Part shown: piece by piece, positions 33,801-41,543 of the stretch
How the letters are laid out: the number at the start of each line of letters is the position of its first letter
Position numbering within the stretch: position 1 is the stretch's first letter
DNA from: a virus
Taxonomy: Duplodnaviria; Caudoviricetes
DNA length: 64,000 bases
IMG/VR virus record: IMGVR_UViG_3300020366_000001
Coordinates: 123,436 to 187,435 of that record
Reading direction: 5' to 3' (one strand)
Notes under the pieces: generated by a model
Told to the model about the DNA's origin: nothing
What the model saw: the letters and a program-made list of their open reading frames with translations, nothing else
The model's database searches: none
Program-made: the position numbers and the translations under genes

Positions 33801-34369
33801 AAAGTGGGATTCGCTTTATTACCAGTGCTGTCAAAATATACTTTCTGCTTACCATCAAACAGAGAGAATTGCCAGAAATAGCAACCACCAGTAACGTTAA
33901 AGATAGAAGTGGTAGGAACACTGCTATCAGTAGGGTTAGGCACATACAAAGGACGAACTTTCGTCTTTCTGAGGTCCATACCCACCAAGGAGGTACCTCT
34001 AGGGACGATAACACCACCAGTTGTAGAGTTAAACTTGTAAAGATCGTTCTGAGAGTTACCCAGATCGAAGTTTACATTAGTGCTGAAGTCAGTAATCTCA
34101 CCGACAGTAGCAACACCAGGACGGTTATCCACATAGTGATCACCAGGAGACAGAACCACCGTGAATTCATCAAAGCGGTCATTGTCAGGACCAGACTTAT
34201 AAGAGAATCGCGAAACTTCCAAGAAAGCACGCTGAATCGTCTTAAAAGGTCTAGTTGGGGAGTTACCCCTATTGTTTACATCATCTGATGCATTAAAATC
34301 ATCAGGAGAAACATAGACAAAACGTCCAGTTTTACTGGAAATTAAATTCTCTAGTCTAGTGAGTGCCAT
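27875..34369 (-). CDS. large cyanophage virion structural/tail fibre protein
   Basis: 2164 aa; N-terminus L.RLENL...GR..YV.P.D.NASD...NRGNS..RPFKTIQRA, typical of cyanomyovirus structural proteins; fibre-like C-terminal half. Confidence 0.8.
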   Translation of the reverse strand: MALTRLENLISSKTGRFVYVSPDDFNASDDVNNRGNSPTRPFKTIQRAFLEVSRFSYKSGPDNDRFDEFTVVLSPGDHYVDNRPGVATVGEITDFSTNVNFDLGNSQNDLYKFNSTTGGVIVPRGTSLVGMDLRKTKVRPLYVPNPTDSSVPTTSIFNVTGGCYFWQFSLFDGKQKVYFDSTGNKANPTFSHHKITNFEFADAEDLELYYDKIGDAYENVVTDINVDGAITETDLENRIVGPLSDKKIIESITPQTLGGNATEIRVKTKAPHGYFVGQFVTIDETGLTSDLHGSFLITRLDPADNTLFFYRVNENITSLISGTTYTTASLPPNRLNENAVVQAEIDTVDSASPYMFNLSIRSVWGLSGMHADGSKVTGFKSMVCAQYTGVSLQKDDRAFTKFNEETAQFDSAWDGNTVTDPEELASGSFATTPYHTDGRAYFKNTWRNAHVRLSNDAFIQAVSIFAVGFADHFLIESGADISITNSNSNFGNTALDAIGFKGFAFFQDKQGYVTDIIPPQKIDLEDNTQPPYYGIDVLATKEPSGQNKIYLAGEPEEVSDPDNTPTYIIQDYKVGGKREDKIFAKLEANLQAGESGPQEQSASLFPSGFDTFRVTTITPATQSVQNAQNETITYRSTIFTCNEAHGLYTGTPVRLVPKKTNSAVSNELIRLPKGLSPNTVYYIIAPGRHTAPVPPSVTFATEDLSTFLLAASVDDAAAGNAIYVPEALNSGVEIEMVQYIFDVNPTPFKYKITAADPATNEFTLEAPHGFDKGFATKTATAVFFRAKTGSAIPGGLDANKMYYVIYDNTGGNINKFKVATTAALATSGGGVPHSITSSGTVGQAGQDEVYVYSCNTRHPLRYDPEMTTSPGRNGLWYLNVINTTQKPNQIYDRVSNLDVYVNEETITTANTYLKRINDRRREDDRIYRLRYVIPKEINNVREPLLGYVIKQRTDENRRLRPQKIILEAVDGTTDMPVFYGSSATVDQNSNKLEIQNDFNYDPYITGNLKSLVTDSGIRFTIESAREKQVNAINRVELTCFNHTINTDIASGTAIPSGTILTEVKLNSVTGGAFQEGLTVAWSGHSESTAISSSLPVVHKAYVEGGITRLILKGDFSLLQYLKYDANNQTILASGGSTGILDEEPNGGRDNFKDYAQDLGKQYVIRNAPVYTLTPGDFVRDEADGNQKDYKIVSVEDVEEIDNTYYVYRSKTLRRRIYNQQDGIYYLTCLRGDFSPSVTEFNTFKFGHPTEKLYPELFADDPLWFDPDGDGSTILDAPATISVADNYVHGLVETNDNKNSVTREAVENLMSNVGRDSTVTLAAMDGKAVASREDRLIGVEGSSNAVADRRLYVELRRPSQARSGNHTFEYTGFGPGNYSTAFPSRQEYVLSDDEVLFSQAKRQDGGVVFYSGLNANGDLFVGNQRINAISGEETKIDDSILRVAGENVDEEENTTDLTIDTLTVQNKVKFDLNTSFEVSAPDGTFFSTPITVEVDDEYSNDLNDPASITIKSVGNVTSSSVDSGLVDTDINIHPPLKPNTIQFAVWEVNPRSTSGLTYEIKSTKGKNVPSSETFKREGTITLRGTETVGEAHRISSINYNTAVGWIWCQIGGFQSGETPDYGWREWGVIGADALTTYTTGTGSSNSTGGSDMRLGINLKNTRTTNASVIPQQTLDVEGSGIFHKSLWVGGDNTNPAGQHTFRVYDDDGDGLGRVSINTGDVTAVQNTNGLWVGGDVVVRGGTIGSAPVESVGGGQSSGDLTIDGTLTALSNGSHELVGDLTVTKDLYVRGGNIKMFQKDDGTGSGNLRADISQNDDAASANYVTYQGQNFVVGDANYSNDHFSDTSTAKLVVKSDGSFRLGNSSGGLQQDASGNTSIGLATPETGYALSVNGSTRVEISASQQFRITNQTTERIKIIGTGETSFILDGSDTNPRIRIASDGETTLGNNFSVKKTHINDDTVFSIDSSNGNTVVGNNTDNTGTLRVHSTTNASSATTGALIVDGGAGISGNIYGTGNIVMDGNAEFEGGTLDVNDGGTNRFKVNSAGSIDVGPITGYFTATGGAKWEEVSTATTLAANTNYYVTSFSGAQLALTLPSAQKGDQIRIIDTTDTLTYNKAVLIQTNQSAADIVPIQGDDEGKMVIQTPGAGLGLVFINSAMGWRLIEL

Positions 34370-34403
34370 TACTCAAATATTATGTGGTGGATATCCCTTT
34401 CGG

Positions 34404-34410
34404 TATTTAT
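34404..34410 (-). promoter_or_regulatory. T4-type late promoter
   Basis: ATAAATA about 35 nt upstream of the 2164-aa gene. Confidence 0.6.
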
Positions 34411-34547
34411 GCTATATCATTTGCCTGGTGGTCAAACTCAATCACGATTTTCCTGTGTTGAGATTTTTTGTCGCAACAGGTGATATATTGTACTTCAGCA
34501 TCTAACAACTCACCAACCTTCTCTAGGAGATTTTTGGCGATATTCAT
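34407..34547 (-). CDS. small hypothetical protein
   Basis: MNIAKNLLEKVGELL...KIVIEFD; starts just after the stop of the upstream gene. Confidence 0.55.
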   Translation of the reverse strand: MNIAKNLLEKVGELLDAEVQYITCCDKKSQHRKIVIEFDHQANDIA

Positions 34548-34548
34548 A

Positions 34549-34863
34549 TTAGTCACGCTGACGCCAGTCGTCGGGTTTGTCTCGTCCGAACCATTCGTTG
34601 ATGTCATCTGCTCCGTCAAATCCTGTTTTATAATTAGATGGATCAGGATCACCTAATCCCATTTTATTCAAAAAATCGTCAGTACTGCCCTCTTGAATAT
34701 CTTGTGCAGCAGCACGACGTGCTTTATTTAACCAATCACGGGCGGTAGTATGTCTCTTAGCGAGTTTCTCTGCCCAAATCATATCCTCCAAGGGGACTTC
34801 TTCTTTTTGCGCAATACAGGCACAAATTGATTCTAATCGGAGTCGATAAGCAGTAGAGAGCAT
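34549..34863 (-). CDS. conserved cyanophage hypothetical protein
   Basis: MLSTAYRLRLESIC...GLGDPDPSN..TGF...DWRQRD; tightly packed with neighbours. Confidence 0.75.
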   Translation of the reverse strand: MLSTAYRLRLESICACIAQKEEVPLEDMIWAEKLAKRHTTARDWLNKARRAAAQDIQEGSTDDFLNKMGLGDPDPSNYKTGFDGADDINEWFGRDKPDDWRQRD

Positions 34864-34864
34864 A

Positions 34865-35056
34865 CTAGTCTCGGAGTTTTTCTTGTAGTTCGGTAACTCT
34901 GGTATATTCTGCTAAAGCACTTTCAGATCGATTTTGCAAAATACTGTCAATATCGTCTAAAATGACTTCAGGGGCAACGTAGTCATCTAGGTATTTATCG
35001 ATTGCTTCTTTAAGATACCTGTATCTATGCCACTCTTGCGAATATGGTTTGTACAT
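34865..35056 (-). CDS. conserved cyanophage hypothetical protein
   Basis: YKPYSQEWHRYRYLKEA..KYLDDYV; tightly packed. Confidence 0.7.
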   Translation of the reverse strand: MYKPYSQEWHRYRYLKEAIDKYLDDYVAPEVILDDIDSILQNRSESALAEYTRVTELQEKLRD

Positions 35057-35083
35057 TACAAAGTAGTCATTGTCGTAATTATA

Positions 35084-35275
35084 TCACTTTAGCAGATTTA
35101 TGTCAATTCCCATAAATGGCGGAATAAGACCTATAGCACGGAAAAATCCGTCCATAAAAAGTGCTAAAAAGACGATGCCGAGCGCCATACTGATCATAGA
35201 GGCATTTCTGTTATGACGTGCCATCGCCTGGGCGATCGAATAATCGATCATTTCTTGAATTTCGTCCTTGGACAT
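35084..35275 (-). CDS. small membrane protein
   Basis: MSKDEIQEMID..I..A..RHNRNAS.IS followed by a hydrophobic helix; start reassigned to ATG 35275. Confidence 0.7.
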   Translation of the reverse strand: MSKDEIQEMIDYSIAQAMARHNRNASMISMALGIVFLALFMDGFFRAIGLIPPFMGIDINLLK

Positions 35276-35276
35276 C

Positions 35277-35441
35277 TCAGTAGCGGTATTCTTGTAAAAT
35301 GTCAAGAATTTTGTTAAGCGCGTGATGAGCGCCTTCGTGCCAGTCTCCATTTTGCTCTTGGTGAGTGCCGTCGTAGAGTTCAGTTTTTAACTTCAAAACT
35401 CGGCATTTAATCTCATCGTGATTAACCATATTCCGAGGCAT
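35277..35441 (-). CDS. small hypothetical protein (54 aa, not in ORF track)
   Basis: MPRNMVNHDEIKCRVLKLKTELYDGTHQEQNGDWHEGAHHALNKILDILQEYRY; abuts the next gene. Confidence 0.65.
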   Translation of the reverse strand: MPRNMVNHDEIKCRVLKLKTELYDGTHQEQNGDWHEGAHHALNKILDILQEYRY

Positions 35442-35509
35442 AAGACATTACTTGTTCAATTATGTATCATACTCAGTGATTTGTCATCCCTTTATTGCGA
35501 GATGAAAAC

Positions 35510-35536
35510 AAAAAAAGAGGGGAAAACCCCCTCTTT
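35510..35536 (-). terminator. intrinsic terminator
   Basis: AAAGAGGGG-loop-CCCCTCTTT followed by a T tract, right after the stop at 35545. Confidence 0.75.
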
Positions 35537-35544
35537 GGTATAAA

Positions 35545-36408
35545 TTAGAACCAATCCGAAGACCACTCGTCCTGAGCGGAAGGACCGCCTTGTCCTTCGG
35601 GAGGACCACCAGGAGCACCACCATTGTTGATCGCCATATTGGGGTTGCCAGGAGCAGCACCAGGACCAGGACCAGCAGTAGTGTCACCCAATTTCTCTTG
35701 TGCTTCTCGCTCACTAACAAGTTCAACGTTAAAAGAGAACGACAAACGCAGTTTACCTTCAGTATTGACGGTAATATTAGGTTGTCTCTGAACCATATGT
35801 TCCATCTGAGAAGGGAAGATCAGAACATCGCCTTCTTCAGCGGTAAGAGTCATTTCTTCCTTATAGCACCCATAACCACACATATCAGGGTCATAGTAGT
35901 GCTTGTTAAAACGAGGAGATTCACAATAAGCCTTAAGAGGATTCATAAAGGTAGTTCCCTTATGAACTGCAGGATCATACTGCAGATAATAAATGCCCGA
36001 AAGCGTTGAAGGCACGTGATTGTGAGGTTCTTGGTTTTGACCAGGACCGTATGCGTTAAACCATTGCTGCGCAATCAAGAAAGCGTGTGGATAAAATTCT
36101 GCTTGCTTAATAGCTTCTTGGATATTTTGAGACAAATCAGCGAGAAGTGCCTGAATATCAATTTCAGTCTCCTTCGTATGATCGAGCATAGACTCTTCAA
36201 AGAAGGTAGTAAAACAATCACAGTTCCAGCAAGCAGGACCATCCTCTACATTGCTGTTAGAACCGCTCTCAGCTCGATAACGCTCTTCGAGAATTGGTGC
36301 AAGAGTGGACTTCCACTTTTCGTGTGTTTGAAGTCTTCCACGATACACAAAAGTGGGGAAAACAGAAAATAGTCCGTATTGATCTTGCTTATTGGTTGGT
36401 TGTGCCAT
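35545..36408 (-). CDS. putative 2OG-Fe(II) oxygenase (cyanophage type)
   Basis: WFNAY..GQNQEPHNH...LSGIYYL, EGDVLIFPSQMEHMV, RLSFSFNV; ATAAATA late promoter at 36433-36439. Confidence 0.85.
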   Translation of the reverse strand: MAQPTNKQDQYGLFSVFPTFVYRGRLQTHEKWKSTLAPILEERYRAESGSNSNVEDGPACWNCDCFTTFFEESMLDHTKETEIDIQALLADLSQNIQEAIKQAEFYPHAFLIAQQWFNAYGPGQNQEPHNHVPSTLSGIYYLQYDPAVHKGTTFMNPLKAYCESPRFNKHYYDPDMCGYGCYKEEMTLTAEEGDVLIFPSQMEHMVQRQPNITVNTEGKLRLSFSFNVELVSEREAQEKLGDTTAGPGPGAAPGNPNMAINNGGAPGGPPEGQGGPSAQDEWSSDWF

Positions 36409-36473
36409 AACGACGTGTATAACGAAGCGTAGTATTTATTATAACAGTATATGGCGGTTTTTACAACTGCCAA

Positions 36474-36558
36474 TAGGAGTGGGGGGACTTGAACCCCCAC
36501 GACCTTAACGGTCAACAGATTTTAAGTCTGGTGTGTCTACCGATTCCACCACACTCCC
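36474..36558 (-). tRNA. tRNA-Leu(UAA)
   Basis: GGGAGTG...CACTCCT acceptor stem, D-loop GGAATCGGTAG, anticodon loop CT-TAA-AA, long variable arm GACC-GTTAA-GGTC, T-loop GTTCAAGTC. Confidence 0.95.
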
Positions 36559-36699
36559 GTGTCGCTGCAATTCTCGCCAACGATAGTATTTGAGAATTTC
36601 TTTGTACATTTTGTCTGGATAATGTATCATAAAAAACCTAAAGGGGCGAAAATTACGGCGAATTTTTTTCCGACTTATTTGGGAACTGAAAGTCGATTT

Positions 36700-36924
36700 T
36701 CAGTGGTATTCTTCTTTAATTTCTGAGTCGATGGACAAAAAGTCTGATGGTGGTACGTACTTCATCATCTGGGACGCTGTTGGTTCGTTGCGGATGAATT
36801 CTAGCACACCACAGAAGGCATCATAATCATCTCCACAATCTACTGTCTTGACTTCACCTTCGTCATCCCAGACGTGGAATGAACGAGTCTGGACATCTAC
36901 GATAACCTTGGACACAAAAGACAT
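36700..36924 (-). CDS. conserved cyanophage hypothetical protein
   Basis: 74-aa ORF; TGCTATAAT extended -10 element upstream (~36951-36959). Confidence 0.7.
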   Translation of the reverse strand: MSFVSKVIVDVQTRSFHVWDDEGEVKTVDCGDDYDAFCGVLEFIRNEPTASQMMKYVPPSDFLSIDSEIKEEYH

Positions 36925-36970
36925 TGAGGGGTGACCTGCTGACTTATATATTATAGCACGGTGTCAACCC

Positions 36971-37882
36971 CTAGTTCAAGAAGACGGTCGCTCCAGCAAT
37001 TGTCACATTGGCAGTGGCAGTCATAGTAGCGTTTACGCCAGCAGCAATCGTAACAGTACCTGCTGCTGCAGTCATCACATTGTTACCTGCTGCAACATTT
37101 GTGATCTTATTTCCTGCCACCACAGTGCACACATCGTTACCTGTCATAATCTTTTCTACCCTACCAAGACCAGCAGAGGCACCGATGATTGACAGTTTAA
37201 CAGGACCACCAACAGGGATGCTAGGCAGTGGAGGGACTGGTGGAACACCAAGAATTTTCTCAGACTCACGACCAGTAACAATCTTTTCGTGATCACCCTT
37301 AATGATCGTTGCCATATGTCCAGCGCTGAGTAAAGTAAATACTCCTCTAGGATCAGTCATAGCAATGGTTCTTTCACCAAAGATAGTATCATACTGAGGA
37401 CCAGTAATATTTTCTTTCTTAATATCAGTATTGATGCTTGCTTCGGGAGAATCTATAGCAACTTTCGATGCACCGACCATACCAATTGCCTGCGAAGCAT
37501 TCATATTGATATTTTTTCCTGCGTTGATGTTTACATCACTATCACTCTTAAGATTTAAATCACCTGTAGTGTGAAGATCAGTCTGCCCATCAACTCTCAA
37601 GGACGCATTGCCACCTACTTCCATAATACAATCCTCATTAACCTTAATCTGTGCATTGCCTTCACAATGAACGATTAACTTGCCAGAGTTTGTATTGTTA
37701 GCAGGAAATTTAACTGCTTTAATATCAACAGACCCATCTTGACGCAACCATAAGTGATGCCCTGCGTGGTGAGCAATAATAATATATGGTTTGTTTGGAG
37801 CGTCACAAACTTGCCAGACGTGTCCAGATCTGGACACTGTTGACTGAGTATCTGGTATCTTTGTTTCTTTTTTATCAGACAT
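36971..37882 (-). CDS. gp5-associated spike/beta-helix protein
   Basis: SRSGH...D.P....I...H..G start plus short ~8-aa beta-helix-like repeats; TAATG-coupled to gp5. Confidence 0.65.
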   Translation of the reverse strand: MSDKKETKIPDTQSTVSRSGHVWQVCDAPNKPYIIIAHHAGHHLWLRQDGSVDIKAVKFPANNTNSGKLIVHCEGNAQIKVNEDCIMEVGGNASLRVDGQTDLHTTGDLNLKSDSDVNINAGKNINMNASQAIGMVGASKVAIDSPEASINTDIKKENITGPQYDTIFGERTIAMTDPRGVFTLLSAGHMATIIKGDHEKIVTGRESEKILGVPPVPPLPSIPVGGPVKLSIIGASAGLGRVEKIMTGNDVCTVVAGNKITNVAAGNNVMTAAAGTVTIAAGVNATMTATANVTIAGATVFLN

Positions 37883-40800
37883 TACGGGCAATCAACATAG
37901 TTAGCAGGATCTCTCGCAAGACCTTGCAGAATAAGATTGGAACTTTCGATGGGAACACATTGCAGATCTGCTTTCGCTTGAGCACCAAACCCACCGCCAC
38001 CTGTAATTATAACAGTAGGTGGTACCTCAAAGTTTTGATCACTCTTCAGGAGTTCAATGCCATCAACAAATCCTTGCTCAGAGATAGTTGCTTTAGCAAT
38101 ACTACTATCTCCGTTAACATATACTGTTGGTGGTCTATCATACAAACCACCAACATTAGTAATAGCAAATCCAACTAGCTGACAAACCACATCAGACTTT
38201 TTCTTCTGCCCTGTGTATCCTTGACCAGGATAGATCACTTTAACACGTGTCAAGTATCCACCACTGTTAATAACAGGTTCAACGTAACCACCAAACCCTG
38301 TATTACTTTCGAGCGAGATAAATGGTTTGCCTGTAAACCTGCGACCAGATCTTCTCACAGTAATGTCAATGATACCACCGTTGTCATCAACAATAGGATC
38401 ATCAAAGTCAGGAGTGCCAGGGTCATCGTCATCATCGTCATCATCAGGAGGAACAACAGGTGTATCAGAATCTGCCAAGATAATCACAGTTGCCTGAGCA
38501 CTGTATGCATTAATAGAGAATGTCATATTCTCCTGCACCTCAGTCTCTGTATCCTCTTTTACTTTAACAGAAAACTCTGCCTTATTATCCTCAATGTATA
38601 CTGTACCTTCCAAGTCCTGAACAATATCTGACTGTTCAATACCAGGACCAAAGATCTTATAGTTAAGAAGATCTCCAGTGGTCATATTAGTGGTGACGAT
38701 GCTGAACTTAACAGTCTCACCCTCTCTCATTGTGACTTTATCCGCAGTGATCTTAACTGTCTTCGCGGTAACGTCTCCACCTCCACCATCTCTTGCAAGA
38801 GGATCTAACACTGCGACACCCTGTGCAATACCAAGATTATTCAGGGTAACGAAAAGTTGTTCTGCTACTTCATTAGTATCTTCTACAACTTTATCATCTA
38901 AAACCTTGATAGTGACTGTATCCGTCCCATCTCTGACAGTAAACCTAATACCCAAATCAGAAGCACTGTCAGGGTAAGTCTTATTGCCACCTTTCTCGAT
39001 GTACTCGATGTCTTTGAAGGTAATTCCTGTGTCTTCTCTTCCGATTGTTGCGTTGATTTCTGTTCCATCCTCAACATTAATTGTCGTAAGAGTGAATGTA
39101 ACTTCTTCTCCTTCATACACAACTGCCTTGTCAGACGACAAGAAATAAACTGGACTGGTAGTATCAATAGTTGGTGGGACTGGTCCACCTGGGGTTGGCG
39201 GAACCACTAGCGGTGGTGGTTCATCACCGCCAGGATTATCTGGAGGATCAATAATCTCTACAACACCAGTACATTTTTTACAAGTACCACAACCATCTTC
39301 GATCTTCACTTTCACATAGAATCTCTCTGGTCCTTCTTTCACATCATCAGACAGAGTTTGGACTGGGATTTGAATTTCATCCATACCAACACCAAACCCT
39401 GTATACCCATTAACAGGACAGTAATCTACGTTTGCTTTAGCAGTACCATCAACTGTGTAGTATGACAGAGCAGTGGTTGTACTTAAGTCACCAAGTCTCT
39501 TGACAGTAACGTATGCAATGTCACCCTCTCTAACTCCACCGCCACCGCCAACGGTAATATCTTTGACGACAATCTTTCTACTCTTACAGATAGATCTTAT
39601 CGGAAGATCGCCAGGCAATCCACCAGGAGTTCGACCAGGGGGTCGTCCAGGACCACCACCAGGAGGTGTACCAGGACCGCCACCGCCAGGACCATCGCCA
39701 GGTTCGCCTACATCAACTCCATCACTGTCACCAAGAGGTACATCATCTAGTTCGCTATCAAAAATCTGCGGACCATAGATGTTTACCTCAGTCTTAGGTG
39801 CAGGAGGTAACAATGCTTCATCACAATAAGCAGAGATGGGTAAGTGATTGCCGCCGCGAAGATTCTCTAAGATCTCATCGAGATCATTGAATCCACCTTT
39901 GAGTCCTTCAAATGCACCAACCTTATTGCTAACTTTCTTGACGCTTCTGCAGGAAGAGTTACCACTGCAAGAGATGCCAAGGATCTTCATAATGGAAGCG
40001 ATGCCACCGCCAACGATGTCAACTGCACTACCAATAGCACCAAGAATACTAGAAAGACCACCGAAGAGTGAGTTTAATGCTCCACTGAGTTCACCCAACA
40101 GTCTATCGAAAATACCATCAGTAAAGATCTTAACTTGACACGCTGCCCAATTAACAACGTTGCCAAGGTAATCCATAAGAATACCCTCAGCAAAAGATGC
40201 AATACGCTCATAGATATTACCCATTGTACATCCCAGTCTCTCTAGGATGTTTTGGAACCATTCAACAACAGGTTTAAGGACGCCAGGGAGAGGAGCAAGT
40301 AATGATTTAATTAGATCTTGGATACCTTTCCTCAAGAGCGCCATCAACTCACCGAATGCTCTACTAACAGCAGCGCCGATGATACCCTTGATACGTTTGA
40401 TGTATCCTTGAGCAATGTTATTAAGATCAAAAAGTTGACCAGTATATTTGCTAACAAAGAATGATCCAACCTGACCGTTGCTTGATTGAACTGCAGCAAA
40501 CAATTCACTTAGGATGTTTTCAACTTCCGAGGTAGGACTAGCAGGACATTTGCCATCAGCAACACGTACTTCAGCGTTACCACCAGAGTTGCCACCAGGA
40601 GAATAACTTTCATTCTTACCCTCCATCAGTCTTGCCTGTCCCTCATCTCCCATTGCTTGGAGAGCTGAAGCACCTAGGTTCTTGTTAGTTTCTGGTTGGT
40701 CACTCCTAACGTGAGCAGTTGGGTTCGGAAGATTACCCTCTTCAGGATCTACAGTAATTGCCCGCGTTAAAGGAGCGGGTGTATCTGCTGGTTTATTTTT

Positions 40801-41136
40801 GCTAGAATTTGCTACTGCATTAGTAGATGCAATGACAACTCGCTTTTGTTCATCGCCATTGATGAAGAAACCATAAACAAAATCTCCTGTCTTCAGGTTA
40901 TGCGAAGACGCAGAAGTACCACTACCACCTGCAGCATTGACAGGCATCGCTACAGTTGCCCAAGGCAACTGATTAGTAGCTGGTTCAGGGATTGTTTCTC
41001 CACCCTCACCTACTCTAAACTCACGGTCTAAGACACGTACACGCACACGTCCAGACTGTTTGGGATCAGCAGTAGATTCAATCTGCCCTTCCCAAACGTT
41101 TGAGTTATCTGCATTAGCAACGTAATTACTAGCCAT
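37882..41136 (-). CDS. gp5: baseplate hub subunit gp5-like with Calx-beta/Ig insertions
   Basis: N-terminal OB-fold motif W.G.IE...DP...GRVRVRV...LPWA.V.MP...V.GFF; Calx-beta-like TVDGTAKANVDY; no recognisable lysozyme motif. Confidence 0.8.
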   Translation of the reverse strand: MASNYVANADNSNVWEGQIESTADPKQSGRVRVRVLDREFRVGEGGETIPEPATNQLPWATVAMPVNAAGGSGTSASSHNLKTGDFVYGFFINGDEQKRVVIASTNAVANSSKNKPADTPAPLTRAITVDPEEGNLPNPTAHVRSDQPETNKNLGASALQAMGDEGQARLMEGKNESYSPGGNSGGNAEVRVADGKCPASPTSEVENILSELFAAVQSSNGQVGSFFVSKYTGQLFDLNNIAQGYIKRIKGIIGAAVSRAFGELMALLRKGIQDLIKSLLAPLPGVLKPVVEWFQNILERLGCTMGNIYERIASFAEGILMDYLGNVVNWAACQVKIFTDGIFDRLLGELSGALNSLFGGLSSILGAIGSAVDIVGGGIASIMKILGISCSGNSSCRSVKKVSNKVGAFEGLKGGFNDLDEILENLRGGNHLPISAYCDEALLPPAPKTEVNIYGPQIFDSELDDVPLGDSDGVDVGEPGDGPGGGGPGTPPGGGPGRPPGRTPGGLPGDLPIRSICKSRKIVVKDITVGGGGGVREGDIAYVTVKRLGDLSTTTALSYYTVDGTAKANVDYCPVNGYTGFGVGMDEIQIPVQTLSDDVKEGPERFYVKVKIEDGCGTCKKCTGVVEIIDPPDNPGGDEPPPLVVPPTPGGPVPPTIDTTSPVYFLSSDKAVVYEGEEVTFTLTTINVEDGTEINATIGREDTGITFKDIEYIEKGGNKTYPDSASDLGIRFTVRDGTDTVTIKVLDDKVVEDTNEVAEQLFVTLNNLGIAQGVAVLDPLARDGGGGDVTAKTVKITADKVTMREGETVKFSIVTTNMTTGDLLNYKIFGPGIEQSDIVQDLEGTVYIEDNKAEFSVKVKEDTETEVQENMTFSINAYSAQATVIILADSDTPVVPPDDDDDDDDPGTPDFDDPIVDDNGGIIDITVRRSGRRFTGKPFISLESNTGFGGYVEPVINSGGYLTRVKVIYPGQGYTGQKKKSDVVCQLVGFAITNVGGLYDRPPTVYVNGDSSIAKATISEQGFVDGIELLKSDQNFEVPPTVIITGGGGFGAQAKADLQCVPIESSNLILQGLARDPANYVDCP

Positions 41137-41348
41137 TAATCCTCATAAATCCTGCATTCATCTGACTCAGGGAAGTCTTCACAGTACAGTTCAAAGTCTG
41201 TCGGGTCGTGATGATCCTCTGGGTGTTCTTTTTTGTAGCGTTCCAATTGCTCTAGTTGTCCCTCAATATGCCTACGCATTTGAGGATTCGTCGTGGGATC
41301 TTGAAGGATTTCTTTATCCTTTTCGATATGTTGTTCGATGCTATCCAT
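41136..41348 (-). CDS. cp12: CP12 Calvin-cycle inhibitor (phage type)
   Basis: C-terminal FELYCEDFPESDECRIYED (C-x8-C-R-I-Y-E-D); N-terminus lacks the first Cys pair, as in cyanophage CP12. Confidence 0.92.
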   Translation of the reverse strand: MDSIEQHIEKDKEILQDPTTNPQMRRHIEGQLEQLERYKKEHPEDHHDPTDFELYCEDFPESDECRIYED

Positions 41349-41356
41349 TGACTTGT

Positions 41357-41542
41357 TTAGGGAACAGTAGGGGTGCTGTCATAGTTATCTAGGTCCATTT
41401 TCAATCGCTCTAGACACAATGCAAGTTGTCCGAAGAGTTTGGATCTCATTTGTTCATCCTCTTCAGTATTAAGTTTTTCAATGATTTTATAAGCACCCTG
41501 AGTAAGCTCAGGGGGGTACATTGCTAGAAAATCGGTGTCCAT
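41357..41542 (-). CDS. small hypothetical protein
   Basis: MDTDFLAMYPPELTQ...; fills the gap between the hub gene and cp12. Confidence 0.5.
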   Translation of the reverse strand: MDTDFLAMYPPELTQGAYKIIEKLNTEEDEQMRSKLFGQLALCLERLKMDLDNYDSTPTVP

Positions 41543-41543
41543 A

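Noticed and set aside
33536-34288. 250-aa antisense ORF
   Set aside because: Lies fully opposite the conserved N-terminus of the 2164-aa structural gene; no recognisable motif.
36971-41136. gp5 as a frameshifted or split pseudogene
   Set aside because: Both ORFs have clean ends and TAATG coupling; a two-gene layout is more plausible than a lesion.
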